A stretch of 64,000 nucleotides of DNA from an uncultured Chloroflexia bacterium (GCA_963704935.1 CAVPIF010000003.1:1128004-1192003), one strand, 5' to 3'. Numbered from the stretch's first letter, positions 19,797 through 28,487 are shown. Notes: generated by a model from the letters alone, not told the origin. Numbers and translations: made by a program.

Positions 19797-20186
19797 TCAG
19801 GCCGACGTGCGTAGGCGGGATCGCATCCCTGCCGGCCACGCGACGATTGCGAGAACCGCGACGGCGACGACGCCGACCTCCTCCGCAAGCCATGATCCGG
19901 GGATCAGCGCATAGCCGACCAGAATCGGGAGATTGACCGCGAGGAACAGACCCACCAGGGCACCGCCCACGGCCACGATGCGTAGCGGCACGGCACGCCC
20001 CGTCGTCGCCCTCCACGCCCAGAGTGCGACCGCGGTGGCCAGAAAAGCAGATCCTGCCAAGAACAGGAGGCCCACGACTCCGCCGGTCGTGTTGGTCCCA
20101 CCGTTCGCCCAGATGAGCAACGTCTTCACGATCCAGCACACGCCACCGATGGTGGCAAAGACACTGCTCATCGACGCCGGCCTCAT
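19797..20186 (-). CDS. Hypothetical four-TM membrane protein
   Basis: 129-aa ORF with four hydrophobic stretches and coding-like codon use. No family recognised. Confidence 0.5.
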   Translation of the reverse strand: MRPASMSSVFATIGGVCWIVKTLLIWANGGTNTTGGVVGLLFLAGSAFLATAVALWAWRATTGRAVPLRIVAVGGALVGLFLAVNLPILVGYALIPGSWLAEEVGVVAVAVLAIVAWPAGMRSRLRTSA

Positions 20187-20216
20187 GGCGCCACCGGCTC
20201 CCGTTCGTCGCCACCT

Positions 20217-20438
20217 ATGGAAGCCGCCATCGGTCGCCCCCCACCTACCGGGTGGTTGAGTGGTCGAGAACCTTGGATCACCGCAACGCTGGCCAACTAT
20301 ACGCTCCGGGTCGGCCCGGACGCCCTCGATTACCTAACGATCGTCATCGCCGCGTACGACGGGAAAGGTCACTCGCTCTTCGCGACCGCGGACCCGGGCG
20401 GCTGGTGGTGCGCGGAACCGGACGAAGTGATCTGCTGA
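20217..20438 (+). CDS. Hypothetical small protein
   Basis: 73-aa ATG-initiated ORF with non-repetitive composition (..YLTIVIAAYDGKGHSLFATADPGGWWCAEPDEVIC). No homolog recognised. Confidence 0.3.
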   Translation: MEAAIGRPPPTGWLSGREPWITATLANYTLRVGPDALDYLTIVIAAYDGKGHSLFATADPGGWWCAEPDEVIC

Positions 20439-20511
20439 GCCCCTGCCGCGGCCGCCGCCTGATGCGCCGGCACGTCTGACGACACGGTACCCACAGCCGG
20501 GAACCTGAGGC

Positions 20512-20649
20512 CATGGCCCAATCGGCCAAGTAGAAACCGCGGCGCCTCCCCGCCACCCTTGGAGGCATGACGGCGCGCTGGTCCGATCCACATCGACTCC
20601 TGGGTCCCCCCACCGGGTACGTCCGCGCCGTCAACCCCGCGGCGGCCCG
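20512..20649 (+). repeat. Junction block copy P_c preceding lysis cassette 1
   Basis: Same conserved block as 19575, 31710 and 41218. It contains a 28-codon ORF (ATG 20567, MTARWSDPHRLLGPPTGYVRAVNPAAAR) whose stop overlaps the next ATG. Confidence 0.75.
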
Positions 20650-20775
20650 ATGAGCGGGGTCGAGCTCGTCCTCGCCTTCCTCGCCGGGGTCGCCATGGGC
20701 ATCGCCCTCGACCGTTGGCTGCTCCCGTCCCTCGTTGATGCCTGGATCGACCGACTCCGCCGGCATGGGCAGTGA
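20650..20775 (+). CDS. Lysis cassette 1, gene 1: 41-aa single-TM peptide
   Basis: MSGVELVLAFLAGVAMGIALDRWLLPSLVDAWIDRLRRHGQ. Conserved at 31847 and 41355. It has one TM helix and a basic tail. Confidence 0.55.
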   Translation: MSGVELVLAFLAGVAMGIALDRWLLPSLVDAWIDRLRRHGQ

Positions 20776-20998
20776 CCGTGACGACGATGCGCCGGAGCAC
20801 CGCACCCGGGCCGACGACTACTCCTCGGCCCGGATCGGGGCCGCGGCTGCGCTCACGATCGTTCTCGTCCTGCTCCTCGTCCTCGACGTCGTCGTCCCCG
20901 GCTACGACGTTTCGCCCGGGACCCTCCTGCCTCTCCTGGGCGCGATCCTCGCGCTCCTGGGGCTCGAGGCCTCGGCCTTCTGGAGGGGCGTGAGATGA
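20765..20998 (+). CDS. Lysis cassette 1, gene 2: 77-aa two-TM holin-like protein
   Basis: Charged N-terminus, then two TM helices (IGAAAALTIVLVLLLVLDVVV; LLPLLGAILALLGLEA). Conserved in all three cassettes. Its stop overlaps the amidase start (ATGA). Confidence 0.6.
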   Translation: MGSDRDDDAPEHRTRADDYSSARIGAAAALTIVLVLLLVLDVVVPGYDVSPGTLLPLLGAILALLGLEASAFWRGVR

Positions 20999-21723
20999 CG
21001 ACGGTCACGGCCCTCCTGACCAACAAGGCCTACGGCTACCCGACGCGGGGGGCTCGGCGGCGCCGGAAGCCGTCGATCCTCGCCTGCCTCCACCAGACTG
21101 CCAACGCCAAGGCGACCGCGATGCAGGAGCGCGCCTACGCCAACCGGGCCGGCTCCGCTGGACCCTCGGCCACGGCGTACATCGACCGCGACGGCACGAT
21201 CGTCCGGGCGATCGACCCGGCCAAGTACGCGGCCTGGAGCCAGGGCGACGTCGCGCACCCCAACACGAAGATCCCGACGATCGCCGCCGCGGTCGCCTCG
21301 GGGGTGAACATGAACGAGTGGGTCCACGAGTCGATCGAGTGCTCGGGGGCAGGGTCAGAGCCCTACTCCGACGCCCAGTTCGAGAGCGTCGCCCGGCTCG
21401 TCGTCGCGGCGCACAAGGCCACGGGTCTGCCGATCAACCGCAGCACCGTGGTCACCCACGCCGACATCAACAGCGTGAGCCGCCGCAGCGACCCCTGGCC
21501 GCCGACCACCCGCGAGGCGAGGGTCAAGCGGGTCATCGCCAGAGCGAACGCGATCCTGCGACCGCCGATCGTGACCGTCACCGTCAAGGCGGGCGGCAGC
21601 CTCTCCGCGATCGCCGCGGCGCACGGGCTGACCCTGGCGGCCCTCCTCGCCTTCCCGGAGAACGCCAAGTACCGCGCCAAGCCTGGGCTCATCCACCCGG
21701 GCGACGTCGTCCGCGTGAAGTAG
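20995..21723 (+). CDS. Lysis cassette 1, gene 3: N-acetylmuramoyl-L-alanine amidase (Amidase_2/PGRP-type) with C-terminal LysM domain (endolysin)
   Basis: LACLHQTAN..ANRAGSAGPSATAYIDRDGTIVRAIDP..AAWSQGDV..VVTHADI is an amidase_2 pattern. The C-terminal VTVKAGGSLSAIAAAHGLTLAALLAFPENAKYRAKPGLIHPGDVVRV is a LysM domain. Confidence 0.9.
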   Translation: MTTVTALLTNKAYGYPTRGARRRRKPSILACLHQTANAKATAMQERAYANRAGSAGPSATAYIDRDGTIVRAIDPAKYAAWSQGDVAHPNTKIPTIAAAVASGVNMNEWVHESIECSGAGSEPYSDAQFESVARLVVAAHKATGLPINRSTVVTHADINSVSRRSDPWPPTTREARVKRVIARANAILRPPIVTVTVKAGGSLSAIAAAHGLTLAALLAFPENAKYRAKPGLIHPGDVVRVK

Positions 21724-21734
21724 CCGGAGGAGCC

Positions 21735-21935
21735 ATGGACACCCAGCCCGGCAAGATCTGGGGTCGTGAACCGGCGATGGTCCTCGCCCTCGTCCAGGCG
21801 GTCATCGCCCTCGTGGTCGCGTTCGGCCTCAACCTCGCACCCGACCAGATCGGCGCGATCCTCGCGGTCACGGCGGTCATCCTCGGCCTCATCACGCGCA
21901 GCAGGGTGAGCCCGGCGTCGGCCACCACCGAATGA
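21735..21935 (+). CDS. Lysis cassette 1, gene 4: 66-aa two-TM protein (second holin-like)
   Basis: GGAGGA lies 4 nt upstream of the ATG. MVLALVQAVIALVVAFGLNL and IGAILAVTAVILGLI form two TM helices. Conserved at 32965. Confidence 0.6.
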   Translation: MDTQPGKIWGREPAMVLALVQAVIALVVAFGLNLAPDQIGAILAVTAVILGLITRSRVSPASATTE

Positions 21936-22180
21936 GGGACGGGTACCTGCGCGGCTCGCTCCCGCGGACGCCGACCGCCCGCCAGGTCGACGTCCTCGCT
22001 GCGTTCGTCGCCGCCGGGGGTTCCGTGGCGGATGCGGCGGCGCGTGTCGGCGTCCGGCCAAGCACCGCGAAGCGACACCTCGCCGACCTGCGGGCGCGCT
22101 CGGGCCTCACGACGGAGCAGCTGATCTACGCGGGACGGGCTGGCGGCTGGCTGGTCGTCCCGAGCTTGGAGCCCAGCTGA
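21932..22180 (+). CDS. Lysis cassette 1, gene 5: 82-aa LuxR/GerE-type HTH protein (cassette-type paralogue)
   Basis: TARQVDVLAAFVAAGGSVADAAARVGVRPSTAKRHLADLRARSGLTTEQLIY has a GerE helix-turn-helix layout. The start overlaps the previous stop (ATGA). Confidence 0.8.
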   Translation: MRDGYLRGSLPRTPTARQVDVLAAFVAAGGSVADAAARVGVRPSTAKRHLADLRARSGLTTEQLIYAGRAGGWLVVPSLEPS

Positions 22181-22291
22181 GCGAGGCGCTCCGGTCCATT
22201 GTCCAGCCGCGTTTACTCTCATTACTTGACTTCCAGGCCAGGGTCCTCTCAATGAGCTCGACCTAGATCCCTCGGCCTCGGGAGAGTGGTG

Positions 22292-22720
22292 CTAGCGGGC
22301 GGAGCCGCGCGTCTGCCTCCAGCGGAACCAACCTGCTGCCAGAAGAAGGACCGCCATCCCGGCAAAGCCCGGGATCTCCCTCTCCGGAGCACCGCCGAGG
22401 TCACGGCCGACGATGTGCGACACGGCGTGGAGCGCCGCCCCGACCCCGACCCCGACGAGCGCGACAGTCAGCCCGTCCGCGCGAACGGACACGCCTGCTA
22501 GAAGGAGCACCAATCCGAGCCCGATCTGGAACGCACCGATGTCCTGCACGAAGTGCTGGTTGTACGGCTCGAACGTGGCAAGCGCCTCGAAGAAGGAACG
22601 CGGGTCGACCATCGCCCACAGGCCGAGCGCGATTAAGCCGACACCGCCGACGATCGCGACGGCGCGGGGCATCCGGGTTCCCAGGGTCGATGAGTCCCCG
22701 TCGATCTCGGGTGTTGCCAT
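22292..22720 (-). CDS. Hypothetical four-TM membrane protein, divergent from PadR
   Basis: 142-aa ORF with four hydrophobic helices. It shares an operator-containing intergenic region with the PadR gene at 22824. Confidence 0.6.
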   Translation of the reverse strand: MATPEIDGDSSTLGTRMPRAVAIVGGVGLIALGLWAMVDPRSFFEALATFEPYNQHFVQDIGAFQIGLGLVLLLAGVSVRADGLTVALVGVGVGAALHAVSHIVGRDLGGAPEREIPGFAGMAVLLLAAGWFRWRQTRGSAR

Positions 22721-22772
22721 TGGATCAGGTCCTCCTGCGCTGGTCCTGGAACTTGACAGGCGCTGCGCCAGC

Positions 22773-22801
22773 GACTATATATCGAACCACGATATATCGT
22801 C
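22773..22801. promoter_or_regulatory. AT-rich inverted repeat between divergent genes (candidate PadR operator)
   Basis: GACTATATATCG-aacca-CGATATATCGTC, complementary at 11 of 12 positions, lies 22 nt upstream of the PadR ATG in an otherwise GC-rich context. Confidence 0.5.
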
Positions 22802-22823
22802 CATCGTAAGAAGGTCTACGTCC

Positions 22824-23147
22824 ATGGTCACCAGGATCCCCGAGCTCGGCCGGTTTGCCGAGCCAGCGCTCCTCATCCTCGTCAGCCTTTCGGACGGGCC
22901 GAAGCACGGCTACGCGATCATGTCCGACGTAGAGGCCGGCACCGGCCGGCCGATGGGACCCGGAACCCTGTACGCAGCGCTCGCCCGTCTCGAGGAGCGC
23001 GGAATGATCGTGGCTCTCGCACCCGTCGACCGCCGCCGGCCCTACCGGCTGACCGCGCCGGGCGCCACGATCCTGGCCGAGCAGCTCCGCGAGCTCTCCG
23101 AGTTCGCGCAGCTTGGCCTCCGCCGGCTCGGCCGGACGCCCGACTGA
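22824..23147 (+). CDS. PadR-family transcriptional regulator
   Basis: ALLILVSLSDGPKHGYAIMSDVE..GPGTLYAALARLEERGMIV..RRPYRLTAPG. Confidence 0.9.
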   Translation: MVTRIPELGRFAEPALLILVSLSDGPKHGYAIMSDVEAGTGRPMGPGTLYAALARLEERGMIVALAPVDRRRPYRLTAPGATILAEQLRELSEFAQLGLRRLGRTPD

Positions 23148-23153
23148 CCGGGG

Positions 23154-23900
23154 TTGCGTCCCTTGATCGCCCTCCTCCTTCGCCTCTATCCATCGCGCTG
23201 GCGGGCCCGCTACGGCGACGAGTTCGAGCAGGTCCTCGCGGATCGTCCGCTCGGGCCGTTCGACGTGGCCGACGTCCTCCTGGGCGCGATCGATGCCCAT
23301 CTTCACCTCGGCGGCCTCGGAGCCGCGTCTGAACACCGAAAGGGGTTCGCGATGTCGCTTCGTATCGGGGGTATCGCCGCGCTCTTCGGGGCGCCGATCT
23401 GGGTCGGCGGATGGGTAGTCGCCAGTGGCGTTGTCGGCGACGTCGACACGAGAACGGCGGCCGCAATCTTGGTTGCCGGATCTCTTGCACTGCTCGTGGC
23501 GCTCGTCGGTCTCAGTGCCTTCCAGGCGCGGGTCCAACCGGTCCTGTCATGGCTGGCATTCGCCTTCCCGGCGGTCGGCACGGTCGGATTGCTGGTCGGC
23601 GCCCTCGGCGTCGCCCTTGGACGCGACGAGTTCATGGATGCCTTCTACTTCGGGCTCGGGACCTTCTTCCTCGGCTCCCTGCTGTTCGCGATCGCCACCT
23701 ACCTCGCAGCCGTCCTGTCACGTCCTGCGGCCGTGTTGCTGGGCGCGGCGCCGGTCCTCGCGATCGCCGGGGGAGGTGGACAGGGGTTCGCAGAGGTCAT
23801 CACCGTGGCAGCCTTGGTCTGCTTCACACTCGGCTGGTGCGCGCTGGGTGTCCAGGCGATCCGGCTGGACCGACCGGCGAACGCTCCTCGACCCGCCTGA
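23154..23900 (+). CDS. PadR-associated polytopic membrane protein
   Basis: The N-terminus LLLRLYPSRWRARYGDEFEQVL is typical of membrane proteins encoded after PadR genes, followed by ~6 TM helices. Confidence 0.75.
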   Translation: MRPLIALLLRLYPSRWRARYGDEFEQVLADRPLGPFDVADVLLGAIDAHLHLGGLGAASEHRKGFAMSLRIGGIAALFGAPIWVGGWVVASGVVGDVDTRTAAAILVAGSLALLVALVGLSAFQARVQPVLSWLAFAFPAVGTVGLLVGALGVALGRDEFMDAFYFGLGTFFLGSLLFAIATYLAAVLSRPAAVLLGAAPVLAIAGGGGQGFAEVITVAALVCFTLGWCALGVQAIRLDRPANAPRPA

Positions 23901-24122
23901 AGAGCCTAGATCGGTGCGATCGTGGTCGGGCTCGCGGGCGGCGGCCTCGCCTTACTCGGGCGCTCGTCGCGCCTGCTGGTTCGCTCCTGGCGATAGGTTC
24001 CTTCCGTCATCCGCGGTCTGCTTGTCTGGGCTCGACTTCTCGATCGTGTTGATCCCCCTGAGCTTGATCTGGCTCGTCGTCGGGCGCCTGATGTTGCGCG
24101 GCGCACCCCGTCGCAGGCCGGC

Positions 24123-24668
24123 ATGATCGCGGCGGCGCGCATCGTCTGGCTTCTGACCGGTGGCGTCTGGGCGACGCACGCGCTCGTTGGATTCGCCGAG
24201 CCCGAGTACTGGAACCCGGTCACCACCCTCGACTTTGCCGCAGTCTGGCTGTATAGCGCCGGTTTCCTGACCCTGGCGCTCACGGTAACCTTGCTCGGGC
24301 GTCTCGTTCCAACCCGCTCGGTGCGACGGGCGGCGATCGTGATGGCAATCGCGGCGTTGGTGACCGGGGTCGCGAACGGCATCGAGGACGGGCTCGGCGT
24401 GAAGTCGGTGGGGACCGTGTATGTCATCGGCGCGCTGGCGCTCCTGGTCGGCACGCTCGCACTTGTCGTTGCGCTGGCGCGAGCCGGTCCTGCGCGGCTC
24501 GCGTGGATGGCGGGTGGCCTCGCCATCGGGCTCCTACTCGTCAGCATCGGGGGCGGCCTGGTCATCCTCGGCACGCTGGGCGCCCTCGCGTTGAGGCCGG
24601 CCTGGTTCCTGGTCGCCGATCCGGAGCCACCCACCCCGACAGCCCCCGCGCGAAGGAGCGTCGAGTGA
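24123..24668 (+). CDS. Hypothetical polytopic membrane protein
   Basis: 181-aa ORF with 5-6 hydrophobic helices. The ATG is preceded in frame by a stop at 23994. Confidence 0.6.
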   Translation: MIAAARIVWLLTGGVWATHALVGFAEPEYWNPVTTLDFAAVWLYSAGFLTLALTVTLLGRLVPTRSVRRAAIVMAIAALVTGVANGIEDGLGVKSVGTVYVIGALALLVGTLALVVALARAGPARLAWMAGGLAIGLLLVSIGGGLVILGTLGALALRPAWFLVADPEPPTPTAPARRSVE

Positions 24669-24929
24669 GGAGCGGAGAGCAGCGGCGCGACGGGAGGCCG
24701 TGCGTGGTGGGCTCCTTGACTCCCACCGGGCCGGCCACGGGTACCTACGCGGCGCCCTCGCCGCAGGCGGCACGCGCGCAGCTCGCCTCGAGCTGCCCTG
24801 CCGAGATCGACCACCTATCCACCCCCCGGGGCCCGTGCGGGTTCGGACCCGTGGCCCGCAGGCGTAGCACCGCAGGCGTAGCACCGCAGGCGAATAGACC
24901 GCGCCAACCACGCCCTCAACGATTTGCGG

Positions 24930-25373
24930 GTGAAGCTCTGCACGGTCTGCGGCGTCGTCACCAGCCGCCCTCGTAGCCGCTGTACCGAGCACGCCCGGCA
25001 GTCCAACCGCAGCCGACATAACGCGCTGTACTGCACGCGGGCCTGGCAGCGTCTCAGCGCCCGCGTGCTGCTGGCGTGGCGTGGTGAGCACGGCAATTGG
25101 TGCCCGGGCTATCAGCGTCCAGCCCACCGCGCTGCCGACCTCACCGTCGATCACGTCGTGCCGCTGGCCGCGGGCGGCGCGCCGTTCGACATCGGCAACA
25201 CCGCGGTGCTATGCCGCTCCTGCAACTCGACGAAGGGTGCGTCAGTCGACGCGGACCTGGGTGGGGTAGCCCACATGGCGACGCGGCTCAACGCTGACCG
25301 CGCCGCGCGACTGTGTGCACGCGGCCGGGTTTCGCGTTTTGTGGGGGGTTTTCGCCAGTGGGGTACTGCATGA
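24930..25373 (+). CDS. HNH endonuclease (phage-type), copy 1
   Basis: KLCTVCG..RCTEH..DLTVDHVVPLAAGGAPFDIGNTAVLCRSCNSTKG gives CxxC..H..DH..N..CxxCN. The GTG at 24930 aligns with the start of copy 2 at 36225. Confidence 0.85.
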   Translation: MKLCTVCGVVTSRPRSRCTEHARQSNRSRHNALYCTRAWQRLSARVLLAWRGEHGNWCPGYQRPAHRAADLTVDHVVPLAAGGAPFDIGNTAVLCRSCNSTKGASVDADLGGVAHMATRLNADRAARLCARGRVSRFVGGFRQWGTA

Positions 25374-25777
25374 GCGCTGACGCCGCCGAGGCATTGGCCG
25401 CCTCCGCGACGATGGCCCTCCGCGCGATCCTCGCACCGCTGCGCCATTGCCCGGCCTGCGGCGCCGAGCTCCCATATCTCGGCGGGCGGGGCAGACCGCG
25501 CCGGTGGTGCGACGCCCACCATCCGCGTCCCTGCGCGGCTTCGCCCGCGGGCGTCCCAGGGCTCCGGCGTGCCCGCGGCCACGCTCGCGAGGGCGTGCGC
25601 GCGGAGATCCCGCCCCGCGATCTCGCTGACTGTCCGCCCGTGGGCGCCCACGTCGGCCGACGTGGCGCAATGAACTCGAGGGTGGCATGGACGCGACCCG
25701 ACCCAGATAGTGGCCCGGGGCTGCCCTATGGCATGGGCCGCGCACTCCGTGCCGGGCCGACGATCCCCTCCTCGTAG
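25370..25777 (+). CDS. Possible small zinc-ribbon protein, copy 1 (doubtful)
   Basis: The ATG overlaps the HNH stop (ATGA). It contains HCPACGAELPYLGGRGRPRRWC. The downstream reading frame differs from copy 2 because of a 1-nt indel, and it overlaps the Fic 3' end. Confidence 0.3.
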   Translation: MSADAAEALAASATMALRAILAPLRHCPACGAELPYLGGRGRPRRWCDAHHPRPCAASPAGVPGLRRARGHAREGVRAEIPPRDLADCPPVGAHVGRRGAMNSRVAWTRPDPDSGPGLPYGMGRALRAGPTIPSS

Positions 25778-26937
25778 GCCCTGAGAAGGTCGAACAGCTC
25801 GGTCGCTGCGTACTGGCGGTCGTACGTGCCCTCGCTCAGCTGGCGGATGACCCCAGCCTCGGCCAGCGCCTTGAGCGCGGCGAGCGTCTGCTGCTGGCTG
25901 ACGCCGATCGCCGCGCGGGCGGTCGGCGCGGACAGCGCCGGCAGCGCGGGGAGCAGCGCGATGAGCTTGCTCGCCGCTGATCCAGCCCTTGGGCGGCCGG
26001 CGCGCTCACGCCACTCGCTCTGGAGCGCCGCCACCTGGTCCGCGAGCTCGATCGACGCGGCCGCCGCTCGCCCGGCTGCCTCGGAGAAGGAGCCGATCCA
26101 CGCGGCAACGCGCCCTTCGCGGAACGCCGTGAGCCCCTCGACGTAGGCGGTGGGCCGGGCCGCCAGGACGATGCTGACCGGCGGGACAAACCGGGCGGCG
26201 ACACCGCGGCGCCGCAGCACCACGTGGATGAGGGCCCGGCCGACGCGGCCGTTGCCGTCGATGAAGGGGTGGATGGTTTCGAACTGCGCGTGGGCGATGG
26301 CCGCCTGCGCCACCGCGGGCAGGTCGTCCCGGGCGACGAAGGCAGCGAGGTCCTCAAGCAGCGGCATGACGATGTCCTCGGGCGGCGGCACGAAGACCGC
26401 ATCGGACGGGTTCCCGAGCCGGCCACCGATCCAGTTCTGCTCCTCGCGCACTCGGCCGGGTCGCGCCCGCTCGTCGCCCGCCATGAGCACCGCGTGGATC
26501 GCCAGCAGGTCGGCGACGGTCACCGGCTCCGTGCGGTCCCCGATCGTGATCGCCTCCTCCATCGCGGACACGTTCGCCGCGACGATCCTGGCGCTGCCCC
26601 GTGCCGCCCGAGGGTCGATCAGCGCCCGGGCGAGGTTGAGCGAGGAGACGTCGTAGCCCTCGATCCGGGACGACGCCACGGCCTCCGATCGCAGGAGCAG
26701 CGGGCCGATCGCTTCGAGGCCGCCCACCGAGGCGCGCTCGTTGAGCGCCCGGATCGCCGCCTCCGCATCCGCCGACAGGTCGGCGACTTCGAACGGGACG
26801 ACGGGGCTGAGCGCGGCGATCTCGTCAGGGACGAATGCCTGGTACCGGAACGAGGCACGCGCCCGGCGTCCACCCACCGCGCCAGGGTCTCCTTCCCAAG
26901 TCCGCTCGACGGTCCTCGGCACACGGCCTCCTGTCAC
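25726..26937 (-). CDS. Fic-family protein (Fic_N, Fic core, C-terminal winged helix), copy 1
   Basis: 403-aa ORF with the canonical Fic motif HPFIDGNGRVGRAL and upstream SSRIEGY. The predicted protein is identical to copy 2 at 37017..38228. Confidence 0.95.
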   Translation of the reverse strand: MTGGRVPRTVERTWEGDPGAVGGRRARASFRYQAFVPDEIAALSPVVPFEVADLSADAEAAIRALNERASVGGLEAIGPLLLRSEAVASSRIEGYDVSSLNLARALIDPRAARGSARIVAANVSAMEEAITIGDRTEPVTVADLLAIHAVLMAGDERARPGRVREEQNWIGGRLGNPSDAVFVPPPEDIVMPLLEDLAAFVARDDLPAVAQAAIAHAQFETIHPFIDGNGRVGRALIHVVLRRRGVAARFVPPVSIVLAARPTAYVEGLTAFREGRVAAWIGSFSEAAGRAAAASIELADQVAALQSEWRERAGRPRAGSAASKLIALLPALPALSAPTARAAIGVSQQQTLAALKALAEAGVIRQLSEGTYDRQYAATELFDLLRAYEEGIVGPARSARPMP

Positions 26938-27076
26938 AACCCTTCAGTCTCTTTGCATAAATGAAGGAATAAGACGAGGCTGCACCCATAACCCTTCAAT
27001 GTCAACTGGAAATCCAAGGGAAGCGAGGGGCGCCAATGTCGCGACGCAGGTGTCGCCGATCTCGCAACTCAAGAAT

Positions 27077-27092
27077 TGGTCGGGGCGAGAGG
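27077..27092 (+). repeat. att-like exact copy of the 3'-terminal 16 nt of tRNA-Pro(CGG)
   Basis: TGGTCGGGGCGAGAGG, followed by GATAGCCCCGCCACCAACGACCTTCCGATCACGATGCGCC with patchy similarity to the adjoining tRNA sequence (CGACCT, CGATGCGC). The LuxR ATG is 81 nt downstream. Confidence 0.75.
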
Positions 27093-27172
27093 GATAGCCC
27101 CGCCACCAACGACCTTCCGATCACGATGCGCCTCTCCGAGCCGCCCGAGCCGTACGACTGGCTGCGGAGCGC

Positions 27173-27418
27173 ATGACACGCCGGTTGTCGCGCCCCGCCG
27201 GACGTGCCACCGACCGTGAGGTCGGCGTGGTCGCCGCGGTCCTGGCGGCCGGGTCGGAGAAGGCGGCCGCCCACCGCCTGGGGCTGTCGCACTCGACCGT
27301 GAAGCACCATCTGGCGAACGCGCGGTCCAAGGTGGGAGCGACGACGACCGCGCAACTGGTGTGGATCCTCGCATCGCGGCTGCTGGATGCGGAGGGAGGT
27401 AGTCAGGCCGACGAATAG
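27173..27418 (+). CDS. Small LuxR/GerE-type HTH protein (copy L2)
   Basis: MTRRLSRPAGRATDREVGVVAAVLAAGSEKAAAHRLGLSHSTVKHHLANARSKVGATTTAQLVWILASRLLDAEGG. Confidence 0.85.
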   Translation: MTRRLSRPAGRATDREVGVVAAVLAAGSEKAAAHRLGLSHSTVKHHLANARSKVGATTTAQLVWILASRLLDAEGGSQADE

Positions 27419-27499
27419 TGCCTGTTGTGGGTCGGGGCGGCGATCGACACTCAGATAATCCGCCGGGACCGCCATCAGAACGCAGTGCATCCAGAGGGC

Positions 27500-27805
27500 T
27501 CAGCCCATTTCCCGCAGGATCGACGCCATATTGCGGCGGTACGTGTCGAGGGCAGCGCGTCCCTCGGGTGTGAGGCGGTACACCGTATGCGGCAGTCTCG
27601 CGACGAACGACTTGTCGACGGCGACATAGCCGGCCTCCTCGAGCCGAGCGGCATGTGATCCGAGGTTGCCTCGAGTCAGGCCAGTCTGCCGCAGGAGGAA
27701 CATGAAGTCGGCCTCATCGATCGCGCTCAGTACGGCCAGGATCGCGAGGCGGCTTGGCTCGTGAACGAGGCGATCGATGGCCCCGGGAGACGGACGTTCA
27801 TCCAC
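27500..27805 (-). CDS. Winged-helix (MarR/ArsR-like) transcriptional regulator
   Basis: VHEPSRLAILAVLSAIDEADFMFLLRQTGLTRGNLGSHAARLEEAGYVAVDKSF. It overlaps the upstream membrane-protein gene by 8 nt. Confidence 0.8.
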   Translation of the reverse strand: MDERPSPGAIDRLVHEPSRLAILAVLSAIDEADFMFLLRQTGLTRGNLGSHAARLEEAGYVAVDKSFVARLPHTVYRLTPEGRAALDTYRRNMASILREMG

Positions 27806-28439
27806 GATCGGCGTCGCCCGGAACCGGGTGGCGCCGCACGAAGCTCACGAGCGCGGCGACACCGATGACCATCGACAGGCCGCCCAGAGTTGCCAGCTGC
27901 CAGGTCATCGGCATGAAGTCGACACCGGAGCCGATCGCGGTGAACAGGACCCCAGTACCGATGGAGGCCATCGCCAGCAGGCGGTGGCGAAGTAGTCCGG
28001 ACCGCTGGCTCGCGGCCCAGAATCCCAGCCCGATCAGCACCCCGGACAGAAGCGGCAAGACCCGCCTCCAGTCGGTCGTGCTGCCGGGGTCACCGAGCAT
28101 GGCGACGACGACCACGATGAACGCGATCGCCAGGACGAGGACGGTGACGACGCCCCGCGCGCCCAGGGTCGACGCCTTCGACGTATCGGTCGAGTAGCCG
28201 ATCCGCGGATAGGTCAGCCGCTCCTTGATGCGCAGGGCGAACCTCCCGCCAAAGATCCCGAACAGGCCCCCGATGACGCCCACGAAAACGGGGCTGACAG
28301 CCCACACGACGGCGAGCACGATCAAGATCGCCCCTGCCAGCAGCTCGAGCAGGCCATCAAGGTAGGTCGCGGCGCGGCTCCGCCGCTCGATCGCTGCGAG
28401 ATCCGCCGCGCTCGGTGCCCGCTGGTCCATCACTCCCAC
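27798..28439 (-). CDS. Hypothetical polytopic membrane protein (operon with the winged-helix regulator)
   Basis: 213-aa ORF with ~6 TM helices. Confidence 0.7.
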   Translation of the reverse strand: MGVMDQRAPSAADLAAIERRSRAATYLDGLLELLAGAILIVLAVVWAVSPVFVGVIGGLFGIFGGRFALRIKERLTYPRIGYSTDTSKASTLGARGVVTVLVLAIAFIVVVVAMLGDPGSTTDWRRVLPLLSGVLIGLGFWAASQRSGLLRHRLLAMASIGTGVLFTAIGSGVDFMPMTWQLATLGGLSMVIGVAALVSFVRRHPVPGDADRG

Positions 28440-28460
28440 CTCCCGCGACCTCGTCTCCAG

Positions 28461-28487
28461 CTAGTCTGCACTATAGACTAGTCTGCA
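28461..28487. promoter_or_regulatory. Low-GC direct and inverted repeat upstream of the membrane/winged-helix operon (candidate operator)
   Basis: CTAGTCTGCA occurs twice (28461, 28478). An embedded palindrome TAGTCT-gcactat-AGACTA lies ~20 nt upstream of the operon start. Confidence 0.4.

Larger units (their letters stand above)
18376..27076. mobile_element. Island unit A of a tandem tRNA-Pro-associated array (no recombinase recognised)
   Basis: Bounded by att-like 16-mers at 18376 and 27077. Order: LuxR, methyltransferase, junction blocks, lysis cassette 1, PadR/membrane cargo, HNH, Zn-ribbon ORF, Fic. Confidence 0.55.

Noticed and set aside
20567-20653. The 28-codon leader ORF in the junction blocks considered as a bona fide peptide gene
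   Set aside because: The GGAGG lies only 1 nt from the ATG. Substitutions among copies hit all codon positions. The sequence looks like a decayed LuxR 5' end. It is reported as part of the junction block rather than as a CDS.
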